In this document: in pieces, positions 1-13,142 of the stretch
Layout: each line of letters starts with the position of its first letter
Position numbering within the stretch: the stretch's first letter is position 1
Assembly (NCBI RefSeq): GCF_006345805.1
Contig: NC_043006.1
Span: 10,602,001 to 10,666,000 of the forward strand
Direction of reading: 5' to 3'
DNA: 64,000 nucleotides
DNA from: Octopus sinensis
Taxonomy: Eukaryota
The notes under the pieces: model-generated
What the model was told of the DNA's origin: nothing
Seen by the model: the letters and a program-made list of their open reading frames with translations, nothing else
The model's database searches: none
Made by a program: the position numbers and the translations under genes

Positions 1-1800
1 TAATTTAATTTCCAATGTATATTTAATTTGCCCCTAGTTTCAGGTGATATATTTATAACGTTTTGTTCAGCATCTCTAGTTATGGCCTTTAAAATTCTGC
101 ATGATCCGTTGTAATCCTATGGGATTATATTTAAGTTTATTAGTATTTAAGCCTTTATGGCCTTCGCAGTTCTTATAAATCCTTTTAACATTTTTTAAAG
201 ACTCACCATCATTTTAAAATGTAGTAGACAGCTACCCATTAAAATTTTAAGTAGTTTCTTTATAAACAATAATACAATGTCGATATTGTTTAATAGAAAC
301 GCTGCAATCCATTCTTCTTGTTATTAATTGAAAATATCGGTTGTGATATTCCTTCTCTATTACCTCAGGCCTTTCAACACGTATCTTCATTACGTTTCTA
401 TAAATGATATCTCTAAATCTCTATATTCAGCAAACATGAATTTAACAAACAAAAACTTGGCACTGATTATTGCTCAAACCATTGTCATTCGTCAAATATA
501 CACATTTACTTGTTTATGCTAATGTTGATTACATACTTTATTATATTTATCCTATATTCTGTTTCTATTTAAAATTGATGAATTATGATTTTTGGCATTA
601 AGATTCTATCTTTTTATACTATCATTTTTCCTTTTCTTTCCTCTACTTTTTCCCTCTCTCTCTCACTTTCCTCTGAAGCTTCGCAGAGACCGTCGCTTTT
701 CTTTATAGTTTTGTTTAAGTTATTTCCCTTAAAGTATAATTACCTGGATCTCCGTAAATTTATTCTTATTTTGAGAAAATTATAATACTTTAATGTAATA
801 CATCTTGATGGTGATATTGTCGGTGAGGTTTGCCGTGGAAAATTTAACATTAAAATAAATATTTTATGTTTTCCTATTCTCTGATTATAATAGAGTAAAA
901 TATTGTTATACAAGTGTATCTTTTTTGTTTTAATAGTTAAATATATATATTGTTCTACACTGCTGACCCAGACGTAATTTCAAATCAATTCTGATGTGAC
1001 AGCTCCAGGCATTATTTTGATATTTTCATTAATTGCTTGAAAAACTTGTTATGTTTCCAACGAATCATCTTTTCTTGTTAAAACATAATTACTGCTGGCA
1101 TTTCTTTAAAAACCACCACCAATATTAATAATAATAATATTAACAACAACATATATAATTATATTTATAAGAATGATATCTACAGTATCAACATAGACAG
1201 TGTCATCATTATAAACAAAGTCATGTAGCGTTGCGACAACAAACCTACATCAGAAATAACAACATAGAAGTCTAAACATGCGGCCATGTTTTTTCCGCAC
1301 TCTCAGCGTCTTATCTGAGGAATAACCTAAGCGTGGATTATAAACTTACAATTTAACAAAGAATATTTTATAATAGATTAGATCCCTTTTCAAATATTCA
1401 GTTTCAATACTTGAATGACTACCATCACATTGTATTCATTTTCTTATCAACGGTCGGTGAGGCGACTACAGGCTTGCCCTTCTTTTGAAATAGGGAGATC
1501 CTATTTTTGATGTTTGCTGGATGATGAAAACTTGACCACAGAATTAATTTAAGAATGAATTGAATTAATTTCTCTCAGTTAATCTGTAATTTCCCGGACA
1601 CCTTGAGAGCGGACACATCGAATCACTGGTAGCAATACAGGACCTATTTCCAATACATGAAGAGTTCAAGAGTGACAGAGTTACCTCGCGCATCTATAAA
1701 ACAGAGCAACATACAGATTCTTTCGTGGTCTCGTACACTTCAATCTACATTGCAAAAATATAAATTTTTATCTGCGATTTTGATATTACAATACTTATCA

Positions 1801-2040
1801 GTTGTGTCTGCGGAGAGTCATTTTTTTTTGTGCCTTATAATATAACACACTCACCGGTAAAATTTCCACTTCTTTTTTATTATTTTTATTTTCCTAAAAT
1901 AAAGAGTCAAAACTATTGAAAAGGTTGCAAGATGCAACGAAAATTTTAGGAAAATAAAAATAAGAAAAAAGGGGAAATTTTACCGGTGAGTGTGTTATAT
2001 TATAAGGCACAAAAAGAAAATGACTCTCCCCAGACACAAC
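1801..2040. mobile_element. Foldback/MITE-like element with ~100-bp inverted arms
   Basis: 1801-1898 (gttgtgtctgcggagagtcat...ttttcctaaaat) is the near-perfect reverse complement of 1942-2040 (attttaggaaaa...actctccccagacacaac); loop about 45 bp. Confidence 0.7.
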
Positions 2041-2936
2041 AGAATATGCTTCAACACACGAACACATATAAAGAATCTTGCAAACCAAATCCAAAACCAA
2101 ATACTTATCAGGTTTCATGAAAAGTACACATAAGCCGCGTGCGCGTATGTGTGTTTACATATATATGTATATATGTACAGGCCCTCACACATCATCACAT
2201 ACAAACACACACATACATATTAGTAACAGTCATTGTAGAACTACGTTCGTTTCTACTTTAGTAACATTTTCTCCATATTTCGACTAATATTTCTTGGTGC
2301 CGTAACTGAAACTGATTTTTCTGATAAGTGGTAATTTTACCATGTCAATCAACCTTGTCACAATCAAATTAAGTTAGCGGTAAAGAAAGAATATCGTTTC
2401 TCGATCTCCCTCTGAAAGAAAAGAAAAAACAATCTTTATCCTGAACTTTGTATTTTGATTGAATTTTTATTCATCTGATATAAGAAATTATTTTAACGTC
2501 ATGTCCATTTCATACACTAATCAGTTTTCCTTTGCTTATATTTTCCAGACCTTCTACCGTTAGCTTGAAATAATTCTGTATTTCTTACTCCACCTTCTCG
2601 GTGTGGGCAAAAGTTTAACCTATTTATATTGGCCTTAGAATATTGGTTTCGAAAACACTAGAGAGTAGTTTACTTATTCATACATTTCAACTTACTTATG
2701 TTCAAGAAATTGTTTATAGCTGCAACGACATACCTGTCTTTTGTTTTACGTCGTGTTCTCTGAGTTCAAAGTTTCAATTTTATTTTCAATATTAATCACC
2801 TTTATTACTATATGTTGTTTCTTACAAACGCCATCAGATTCTAGATATGTCTTTGGCTATTTCTATCGTAACTCTAATTTTCATTGTCTAGGTATGGAAT
2901 TGGATTTTGTATTTTTATTATAAGTTTACCTCTTAA

Positions 2937-3230
2937 GGTAGCGAGCTAGTAGAATCCTTAGCACACCGGACCAAATGTTTAGCGGTATTTTACCCGTCGT
3001 GATATTCTGAGTTCAAATTCTGCCGAAGTCTTCATCCTTTTTCAACCCGTCGTTACATTCTGAGTTCAAATTCCGCCGTGGTCTTCATCCTTTTTTACCC
3101 GTCGTGACATTCTGAGTTCAAATTCTGGCGAAGTTTTCATCCTTTTTTACCCGTCGTTACATTCTGAGTTCAAATTCCGCCGTGGTCTTCATCATTTCGG
3201 GGTCGATAAAATAAGCGCCAGTTAAACACT
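2937..3230 (+). mobile_element. SINE family A (tRNA-derived), degenerate, with 4x internal tandem duplication
   Basis: Head ggtagcgagctagtagaatccttagc resembles ggcggcgagctggcagaaacgttagc; the ~52-bp unit containing ctgagttcaaattc occurs four times; it continues into ggggtcgataaaataag. Confidence 0.8.
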
Positions 3231-3372
3231 CCACCAAAATTCCTACCCTTGTGGCAAACTTTGAAACCTTTATTAGTTTACCGCATGCTGTAATTTGTGT
3301 GTGTATGTGTGTCTGTGTTGAAGATTTGGTAACTACCTCATCCACCGAATTAAATATATACTATAAACTCTA

Positions 3373-3761
3373 GGAGGCGCAATGGCCCAGTGGTTAGGGC
3401 ACCGGACTCGCGGTCGTAGGATCGCGGTTTCGATTCCCAGACCGGGCGTTGTGAGTGTTTATTGAGCGAAAAACACCTAAAAGCTCCACGAGGCTCCGGC
3501 AGGGGATGGTGGTGATCCCTGCTGTACTCTTTCACCACAACTTTCTCTCACTCTTACTTCCTGTTTTTGTTGTACCTGTATTTCAAAGGACCGGCCTTGT
3601 CAATCTCTGTGTCATGCTGAATATCCCCGAGAACTACGTTAAGGGTACACGTGTCTGTGGAGTGCTCAGCCACTTACACGTTAATTCCACGAGCAGGCTG
3701 TTCCGTTGATTCGGATCAACCGGAACCCTCGTCGTCGTAACCGACGGAGTGCTTCCAGTCC
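3373..3761 (+). mobile_element. SINE family C (tRNA-Arg-like head), full length with 13-bp TSD
   Basis: A-box tggcccagtgg and B-box-like gtttcgattccc; TSD actataaactcta at 3360-3372 and 3762-3774. Confidence 0.9.
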
Positions 3762-4639
3762 ACTATAAACTCTAAGTCATTATCTTTTCATCCATATAAT
3801 TTACGGTCTAAAGGGGGAAAAAACTCTTTTCTCCTTTAGCTTCTTTCCGATTACTTTAGTTTCACCAGTTTTCAACATTCCAATTTTTTTATATATATTT
3901 CCTTCTCGCCTTTTCTCGCTTCTTCTCTCGTCCTATTTTTAGCTCATTATGGCATGTGGGCATTGCTTGATTATTGTACTTGGATACGAGACGTGTTATA
4001 AAAAAATGTTTGGCATGTTCTCAGCGCATGAAACTAATAGAAGCACATAAAAACATATAATATATTTATTAAATAATATTTACCTCTCACACCAGATGAA
4101 GTACCTTTTTGTTAATTTTACCCTCACGGTGCGGTACAACACTATGTGCGTGAGCCTGTGTGTCGTGTGTGTGTGTATGTATGTGTGTGTATGCGTGTGT
4201 GTGCGTGTGTATATGTGTGCGTGTGTATAACTCAGAAACTGATATCCTAGTTGAATCTTTGAGTAATGTGTACAAAAATGTTTCAATTGTGTGTTGCCAA
4301 TTGTAAATTAACATCCATATAGAAGAATTAGTTATAATTCTTCTGTAACATACTTGTGTCTCCAGCCGTTATGAAAATTGTTATTGAAGTCAGACCCAGC
4401 CATATAATAGTTGGAGCAATGAATCTCTATGATATTATTGTTGTTTGTACTGTTAGAAGTCTGTACTTTTGAATTTGCCTTTTTGTAATAAGTGCCATGT
4501 GATTGAATGCTTTCCTGTTTTCATTCCCTGATTTACTAACGTGATCCCACCCTCTTTCTGCTGTCTTTGATAATATGCCAATTCACTATTTGCGTTGCAT
4601 ATGCCTATTTCCAGCTCAATACTATTTCATATTTAAGAA

Positions 4640-6795
4640 ATGATTCCGGATGCGGAAGGAAGTAAAGAATTTTAGGGCGGGCTGTGGAACAGGCACGCGT
4701 GACAGAAAGAAAGCGCGAAGTGGATAACACAGGTGGAAAGATAACTTGCAACTGTACCATGATAAAAGGACGTCAGAATTAATATATGTACAGTGAAGCA
4801 GAGGTTAATAAAATAGCCAATTGGAAAGGACAAGACCCTGATAAAATACAAGGCTATTTGCTGAAGAACTTTATACAGTTGATTGAAATGATCGCTGCGC
4901 AACTGAATGTTGTCTGCAGCATGGTCACGTCCCTGCATGGATGACGAGTGGGCGAAAACTATATCTTAAGGATCCCTTGGAAGGGAACTTGACATCAAAC
5001 CTTCGATCAGTAATCTGTTTACCACTGATGTGGAAGCTTATGACTGGTGTCTTGAGGAAAGAGTCATACAGCCATGTGGAAAGTAACAATCTATTCCCAG
5101 AAGAACGGAAAAGATTCAGGAAACAAAATAGAGTAACAACAGATCACGTTTTAGTTGATAAAATGATAATTACTAATTCGAAATTGTAGATATAGATTGA
5201 CGGGGCTGAATGTGGCATGACTAGATTACAATAAAATATATGGCATGTTACTCTCTCTCTCTTTTACTCTTTTACTTCTTTCAGTCATTTGACTGCGGGA
5301 ATGCTGGAGCACCGCCTTTAGTCGAGCAAATCGACCCCGGGACTTATTCTTTGTAAGCCCAGTACTTATTCTATCGGTCTCTTTTGCCGAACCGCTAAGT
5401 GACGGGGACGTAAACACACCAGCATCGGTTGTCAAGCAATGCTAGGGGGACAAACACAGACACACAAACACATACACACACATGCATATATATATATACA
5501 TATATACATATATACGACAGGCTTCTTTCAGTTTCCGTCTACCAAATCCACTCACAAGGCATTGGTCTGCCCGGGGCTATAGCAGAAGACACTTGCCCAA
5601 GATGCCACCCCATGGGATTGAACCCAGAACCATGTGGCTGGTTAGCAAGCTACTTACCACACAGCCACTCCTGTACCACACTGTTGGTTAAGTAAAACAA
5701 TGAGCATGTGTGGTATAGCAAAATGCATGGAGAAAATGCTTAATGAAAGTATGAGACTTTAGAATACCGAATTGATCGGAAGAAAATATAAATTCGAAAA
5801 AGTGAACATCAGACGTGGAATATTACAAGTTGAGAGCTTATCTCCATAAGTATTCATATTGGCCACGACGGTGTTCACTATGATACTACGAAAAGCTAAA
5901 ATAGCTTAAGATTTGGGAAAAGAAAATGGTCAGGTAAATTATCTTTTCATGGTTGAAATAAAGGTGTATTCGAAAAATGAGAAACAGCTTGTAAATCTTG
6001 TACATACTATTCAGATTTTCTGGAATGATGTAGGTATGGAATTTGGGATAGAAAAGTGCACAACGTTGAAAATGAAACGACCGCGATTTGAAAGAAGTCA
6101 GGGAATTGAAATGCCGAATGGACAAACAATGAGAGCGGTTTAGAAAGGGTAGTGGTATAAGTCCTTGAGAATACTGGAAGCAGACGAAATAAAAAAAATG
6201 AAGAAATGAAACAAATTACTAATAGGGAGTATACAGGGAGAGTGGGAAAATGATTGCAGTTAAGGCTGAATTCAAAAAAATATTATTGAAGCAATAAATT
6301 CAAGAGCAGTAGCATTAATCATTAATCAGATATGGGTGTGTCGACTGAACCAAAACGATATAAACAAACTTGACAGAAAAACTAGAAAGTTATTGACAAT
6401 ATACGGAGCCCACCATCCGAAAGCTAATGTCAGTCACCTGTACTTCAGCAGAGACCTGGATGAAAGAGACTTAATAGCAGTAGAAGAATCTCTACAAAAT
6501 GAAAGAAATAGCCTAGTAGAGGGGATCAACAGGTTAATAGGAGAAAAAGACAAGAAGAAATTTAAAGAGAGTACGTCGGCCTAATTTAAGAGAAACTTAT
6601 ACGTGGTCAAATTTGGAGAGCCGCTGAAGATGTATGTGGAAAAAAATCTTGGGCTTGGTTAAAAAAATGGCATTTAAAAGAAGAAACAGCGAGCCTGATA
6701 GTTGCAGCCCAATATCAAGCGATAGAAACGAACTTGATAAAAAATATATATGGAGAAAATGTGTCAGAAAAATGTAGAGCCTGTGAAACCATTTT
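4640..6795 (+). mobile_element. Decayed R4/Dong-like non-LTR retrotransposon ORF (reverse transcriptase region), split by a SINE
   Basis: Translated pieces PDAEGSKEF*GGLW, NWKGQDPDKIQG, ICLPLMWKLMTG...FPEERKRFRK...TTDHVLVDK, VPHCW, NIRRGILQVESLSP, NYLFMVEIKVYSKNE...GMEFGIEKC, YKSLRILE, NKLDRKTRKLLTIYGAHHPKA, AAQYQAI follow the motif order of R4-clade RTs; many stops and frameshifts. Confidence 0.85.
5255..5672 (-). mobile_element. SINE family B (tRNA head, internal TA/CA microsatellite, LINE-like tail), inserted in the R4-like LINE
   Basis: Reverse complement of caggagtggctgtgtggtaagtagc...cttgggcaagtgtcttc...gactgaaagaagtaaaagag; nearly identical to the copy at 40305-40702. Confidence 0.9.
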
Positions 6796-6807
6796 GTCGT
6801 ACGTGTG

Positions 6808-6872
<65 letters not shown>

Positions 6873-7789
6873 TGCTGGGATATGTTCAGAATGATAGTGC
6901 TATTATTAGTCTGAATATCCTCTAGGCGTGTTCGAACCGGTGAACAAGCTACTTCGTTTTGTCACGGAAAATATATATCCCGTTTGTTGCCAAATGGTGT
7001 GTATACACACCCGTTTCGAATGCTTATAAGATAAGGTGCAGAGCTAAAATGTAAAATATACAGAAATATATAGTGTGACGGAGGGTAATGTTTTCCACAC
7101 ATCTCCAACATGAGCATATGCAAAGACACGTCGCACCCATTATCTTAAAATTGAATCTAAATCTAATACAGAAAAGTAATGAAAAATAAAACACGAACAA
7201 AATATATTTAAACACATCTGAGAAGCGCCTCTCTTGAAATGGTGAATCTATTGAAATATTTATTCTCGAAACAGGAGACTAATAATTATAATGTTTATAA
7301 CAAATATTGTTCTGCATCTAAAGTGACTTTAAAATCTTTAAAAATGGCGACAAATCAATAGGAAGAATGGTATTATAGATAAATTCCTTTCAAGAGTTTG
7401 GACTATGTTCCGTTTGATTTGTTTGCATGAGTGTTTAATAAAAGCACTAGATAACACTAAATAACTCTTTTATATCAAAAGATGCCCGGCAAATCTATTG
7501 AAATAACGAGATACTCTAGCTTGCTATTATTTCGTCTGGGTTTATTAGTTGCTAGAAGAAGAACGGTGCTGTAATTGAAGGCAGTAAAGTTATTCACAAA
7601 GAAATGACTCAATATAAAAGGTGAATTAAACAAAATTATTGCCCACCAATAGCTACTGCTATTCTTTTAATACCCATTAGCCGGATAGAATTATAGGGTT
7701 GAAAGAGGGCCAGGTACAACAATGATGATGATTATTGAGCGTTTTTCCATTAGTGAACTAGAGATAGTTTGCAGCATGGTCGATTATGT

Positions 7790-7825
7790 ACGTACGTACG
7801 TACGTATATGTATAGTATATATATG

Positions 7826-7912
<87 letters not shown>

Positions 7913-8064
7913 GTATATATATATGTGTGTGTGTGCATATATATGTATGTACATGTATATATATATATATATTATATATATATATATATATAGATATATA
8001 TATATATATATGTATATATATGTATATAATATATATATATATATATATAGATATGTATATATAG

Positions 8065-8095
<31 letters not shown>

Positions 8096-8117
8096 GTATA
8101 TATATATTATCTATATA

Positions 8118-8162
<45 letters not shown>

Positions 8163-8209
8163 TATATATATGTATATATATATATATTATGTATATATAT
8201 GTATATATC

Positions 8210-8244
<35 letters not shown>

Positions 8245-8264
8245 GTATATATACTATATATATG

Positions 8265-8297
<33 letters not shown>

Positions 8298-8328
8298 GTA
8301 TATATATATATATATATGTATATATATG

Positions 8329-8359
<31 letters not shown>

Positions 8360-8388
8360 GTATATATATATATATATGTATATATATG

Positions 8389-8421
<33 letters not shown>

Positions 8422-8573
8422 GTATATATATATATATATGTATATATATGTATTATATAGATATATATATATGTATATATATGTATATATATTATATATA
8501 TATATGTATATATGTATATATTATATATATAATATGTATATGATATATATCTATATATATATGTATATGTATA

Positions 8574-8622
<49 letters not shown>

Positions 8623-8781
8623 ATATATATATGTATATATATGTATATATGTATATATATATATGTAATATATATATGATATATATATATATATATGTAT
8701 ATATATGTATATATATGTTATATATATATGTATATATATATATGTTATATATATATGTATATATATAATATGTATATATAG

Positions 8782-8835
<54 letters not shown>
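7790..8835. repeat. ~1-kb interrupted (TA)n/(TATATG)n microsatellite
   Basis: Directly visible; source of the YI-repeat ORFs. Confidence 0.95.
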
Positions 8836-8837
<2 letters not shown>

Positions 8838-9143
8838 ATTATATAAAAGGGCTTAGTAAAATAAATACTTTGCCACATACTGAACTCATTAGAAATAGTA
8901 GCTAAAAAAACTTTTCTAAACTATTTCTAATACTTAAAGAAATAACCTTCTCAAATAACCTTTGCATTTGATTTTTTAATGTCTTTACCCCCATACTTTC
9001 GTGAGTTGAGTTGAGCAAACACTATTTGAGAGAGATTTTCTTTAAGTATTAGAAATAGTTTTAAAAAAGTTTTTTTAGCTACTATTTCTAATGAGTTCAT
9101 TATGTGGCAAAGTAATTTATTTTACTAAGCCCTTTTATATAAT
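8838..9143. mobile_element. Foldback/MITE-like element with ~105-bp inverted arms
   Basis: 8838-8942 (attatataaaagggcttagtaaaa...cttaaagaaa) is the reverse complement of 9037-9143; loop about 95 bp. Confidence 0.75.
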
Positions 9144-9800
9144 GTAATAATTTGAATTCGCCTTAAATGGTCCCTTTACATACTGAATACTTGGTGAAAT
9201 TGATTAATAATTAATTAATTTTACCCTCAATTGTTGAAATTATAATTCATCTCTCTCTATTTAATGCTTCGGATTTTACCGAAAAAGCATAGTGTTTACT
9301 GATTTTAACCCACGCTGGTGGAAAGGGGGGAGCAGAAATTCTTCGCTTGCATTTTTTGGGTTTGCTGGCACTGTTAGTTTCGGGCAGATCTTCAGAAGCG
9401 ATAAGAAGCCGAAAGGGTATGCTCCCACTTTCAGTGTTTTCAAATCCAAACCAAGGAGTTCTGAGCTGATGATAGAAATGTCGAGTTGACTAATCTTGAA
9501 ACGTACGTTCTCAAATAACCCTTGCATTTGATTTTTAAATGTCTTTACCCCCATACTTTCGTGAGTTGAGTTGAGCAAACACTATTTGAGAGAGATTTTC
9601 TTTAAGTATTAGAAATAGTTTTAAAAAAAGTTTTTTTAGCTACTATTTCTAATGAGTTCAGTATGTGGCAAAGTAATTTACTTTACTAAGCCCTTTTATA
9701 TAATGTAATAATTTGAATTCGCCTTAAATGGTCCCTTTACATACTGAATACTTGGTGAAATTGATTAATAATTAATTAATTTTACCCTCAATTGTTGAAA
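8948..9800 (+). repeat. ~292-bp direct repeat pair (8948-9239 and 9508-9800) with 268-bp spacer
   Basis: Both copies run ttctcaaataacc...ttgttgaaa with only a few differences by eye. Confidence 0.9.
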
Positions 9801-9835
<35 letters not shown>

Positions 9836-9956
9836 TATATATCATGAATATTCGCATGCCTGTATGTGTGAACGCACACATAAATGAACACATACAACCG
9901 CGCACACACATGCACATATTTGTGTGAGTATATATACATATGTGCGTTTATGTGTG

Positions 9957-9991
<35 letters not shown>

Positions 9992-11059
9992 GTATATATA
10001 TGTATGTGTGTGTGTTTGTATGTATGCATATACGTATGTGTGCGTGTATGTGAGTGTAGGTGTGCGTGTGCGCGTATGTATATCACTTTATTAAATATTT
10101 TCGCCACCGAGAAAAGTTTGATTCGTTCAATTATAAATCCTACGAGTTCGCGAAGTTGTATTTTCGACGCCAAAGTGGCCGACCAATTTAAACCATTTAT
10201 ATACTGTTAACAATATAGAGGTTGACTATTGTTGTCTTCGGGGAGGAAAATTGCTGCATCAAAATTTCTATTTTATAATAAAGAGGCAATTAATGGGAGC
10301 TGAAAGAGATTATATGAACTGCGGTTTGTTCTAAAATTTAATTCTCAAAAATAATTAGTATCTAAGTATTAACTCAAGCAAGCGGTAAATCGTGAAGGTT
10401 AATGGTAGTATTTATTTTGACAGAAATATCGTCCTGAAATTCTTTGTTATCTACGCTATGTAAGATATATATACTGAGTATATTATGATATGGCATGGGA
10501 TAATGCATTTTAAGTATTATATCAAATAGTCACAGAAATTCGGTTCGAATCGAAGGTGGCACTTTGTTAGATATGGTTAGAGAATATAGAAAGATAAAGG
10601 AAGCATGTTAGACTTTTTGCTCCGATACTCAATGTTCTAACTTTCAGGATTGAATGTTGTTTTGTGATTAAGACGATCATTTTTTATGCATGTGGTTAGA
10701 GTTTCTAGCCAGCGACATTGCTTCGTGGCAGCGTAGTAGCTTAAAAACAGAGTTCTAACATACGTTCGCGTTGATAAATATTTGAGAATAAAATTTGGTA
10801 GACAACAACTGCACAGTAGTTTTAACTGAAAGAATTCATCAAGGTATGTTTTCGGTTCCACGTTTTTGTTTAGTGAAACATCTCTTACACTGTGGGACAG
10901 CGACCGTAAAAAGTTAATAATATAATAATCTGATATGTTGCCTACATGCAAGAAGCAAACGACAGGATGTTATACCTGGTTCTGAAGCATTATGGTACCG
11001 AAACATGCCCTCAGTTACAGAATAAAAAATGCTAATGATATATCTTCAGAAAACTGCTA

Positions 11060-11760
11060 GATGAAACAGGAACAGAAAATATGTCCCTAACTGCAAAGTA
11101 AAAGAAATAAAGCAAAAATCCAATACAGCAGCATCCAGTATACAGGGAAAAATTAAATTAGAGCAAACCCCACTACATGCTAAACACCTAAATAGAACCA
11201 GGACGCAGAACAGATCAGAATGTTATCCAATAGAGTCTATGATGCCCTTATCTCAAATCAGGGACCCAGATTAAGATCAAACCGATACACATCAGGGATT
11301 AGCATGCCATTGTCTCTAAACCACAAAACTTACTCGTGTGATGTTCTAAAACATGAAGCAAGAGAGATCATCCTGAGACAATATAGTTTTTGGATGCGGC
11401 CAACAGATAGGGTCAGGTTACTTACATCGAAAGGGCAGAGCAGTTTAGTACACATATACATATACTTGTCAATATACCATACAAAAAGAAGATGCGGAAT
11501 CATCAAACTATAAGTTGTGCAGAATACAGAAATTAAGATACTTTGTATATTTTGTGTTCAGACAGAACGGGGAGTTCAGGCTATCTGAGTAGAGAAATCA
11601 TATTGAAAAGACCTGTCATTTGATGGATGCAGGAGCCCCAACGGCCAAAACCACATCTTGGAAAACGCTTGGAAAATGGAGTAAATATAAGGAAATGAAG
11701 CTAGTAATCAGATGAATAGGGCATTTCAAGGCAATATCACCTGATATTATTATGATCAGG
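11060..11760 (+). mobile_element. Decayed 3' part of an R4/Dong-like LINE ORF (zinc-knuckle and restriction-like endonuclease region)
   Basis: Remnants PLHAKH (cf. PLHGKY), DNIVFGC (cf. DHIVSGC), VQTER.VQA (cf. IQTDR.IQA) and GKWSKYKEMKLVI (cf. EKLSKYKDLEIEI). Confidence 0.6.
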
Positions 11761-12071
11761 CAACAGAGGGGATTTAACGGGTGTAAAATAAAGAAGCGCA
11801 ACGAAGAGGGTAATTTTATTGCGCACCAATCGCATCCATTACCATTTGCATACGTGTGTGTGTGCGCGCACATACATACTTACACAGACTTATATGTGCG
11901 CAAGATACATACGCTGAAACACAAACATGTGCTCACATGCCTGTACATGCACATCTAATGCAGAAGACGGGAAGACATTGCAATAACGCCTACATGATAC
12001 GAATCCTACACGAGCTGTTAACTTTATACATATATTAGTAAGTGTATATGTATACATGCATATATACATGC

Positions 12072-12133
<62 letters not shown>

Positions 12134-13142
12134 ATGTTTAAAAAAATATATATATGTATATATATTGTCTCATTGGGTATGTGTGTATGAATATATATCC
12201 GTGTGTATATATGCAGGTAAGTGAAAGACACGGTTCTCTGCTCAAACATTTTCTAAGTGCATCGTGGAGATAAGTAATGGCAACAATATATACGATTTTA
12301 TTTCGTTAAAATTTTTTACAATATTTGAATAGAACGCTCATCGATTCCATTACAGTTTGGAAAGTTTAAATAGATTTGTTTAGATTTTGCTGACGTGATT
12401 TATTCAAGGCCCACAACAGTGCCAAAATTTTTATCAAGATACTTATAACTTAACTCTGAGATTACGTTACCTCAAGAGTGCTTATAAACAGGAGAATTTG
12501 AGTGGCAAACCAACACATTTATTAACGATTTGCATCCATATATGTCAAATATTATTTGAAAGTTATCCTCTGCCAATGTGATTTAATTTTCATCTATTCT
12601 GAACTTGAGAATCTCTTACTAAATGCCAAGCACAAGAAGTGAAATTGTTCTCGCACCTACCTACTCACAGTTTAGACCTACATATTAATTTACTTTTTGC
12701 ACATTAGTCAAAACGAATCCCTCTTGAAGACTTAATTATCGCGCGCACTACGAGAAACTTCATGAAGGACACTTTAAAGTAATTATCATTGTTACAGAAA
12801 CGAATCATCGATAACAATTTCTGCTATGAGGTGTTTCACGTCTAAATAGCTGATGGCAATATAGATGAACTTTGTTAAGTTAGGCTGTAAATTACTTAAC
12901 TCAGATAAAACTTTTAGATGCTCAATACTGATGTAATCTTATATTTCTTACTGATGTGTTTTGCAATTCTAAATTTCCAAACTTTGTAAAACCGTATTCT
13001 TAACAACAGATAATTCAATTTGAAAGATCTGTGATATGGTTCAACCTGAAGGTCTGCATCTTTTACTTTCCTTATTATTCAATAGTGATGTATTTAAGAC
13101 GTATTACTTAATATTTTTCGTTTATTTTTTTTTCTTTACTAG

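Noticed and set aside
1690-1700. TATA-like ctataaaa (and ctataaat near 54347) as promoters
   Set aside because: Such words are frequent in AT-rich DNA and no downstream gene is supported
2992-3200. Four regularly spaced repeats resembling a CRISPR array
   Set aside because: The units are contiguous duplicates with no unique spacers, derive from a SINE, and the context is eukaryotic with no cas genes
3373-3446. tRNA-Arg-like sequence (also at 51275-51349 on minus, and a tRNA-Val-like head at 63118-63190)
   Set aside because: No closed acceptor stem, and each continues into a SINE body; the first has a TSD. These are SINE heads, not tRNA genes
7750-8905. Long YI/IY/CV/HT-rich ORFs here and throughout the ORF track
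   Set aside because: They are translations of (TA)n, (TG)n, (CA)n, (TATG)n and (GATA)n microsatellites, which lack stops in some frames
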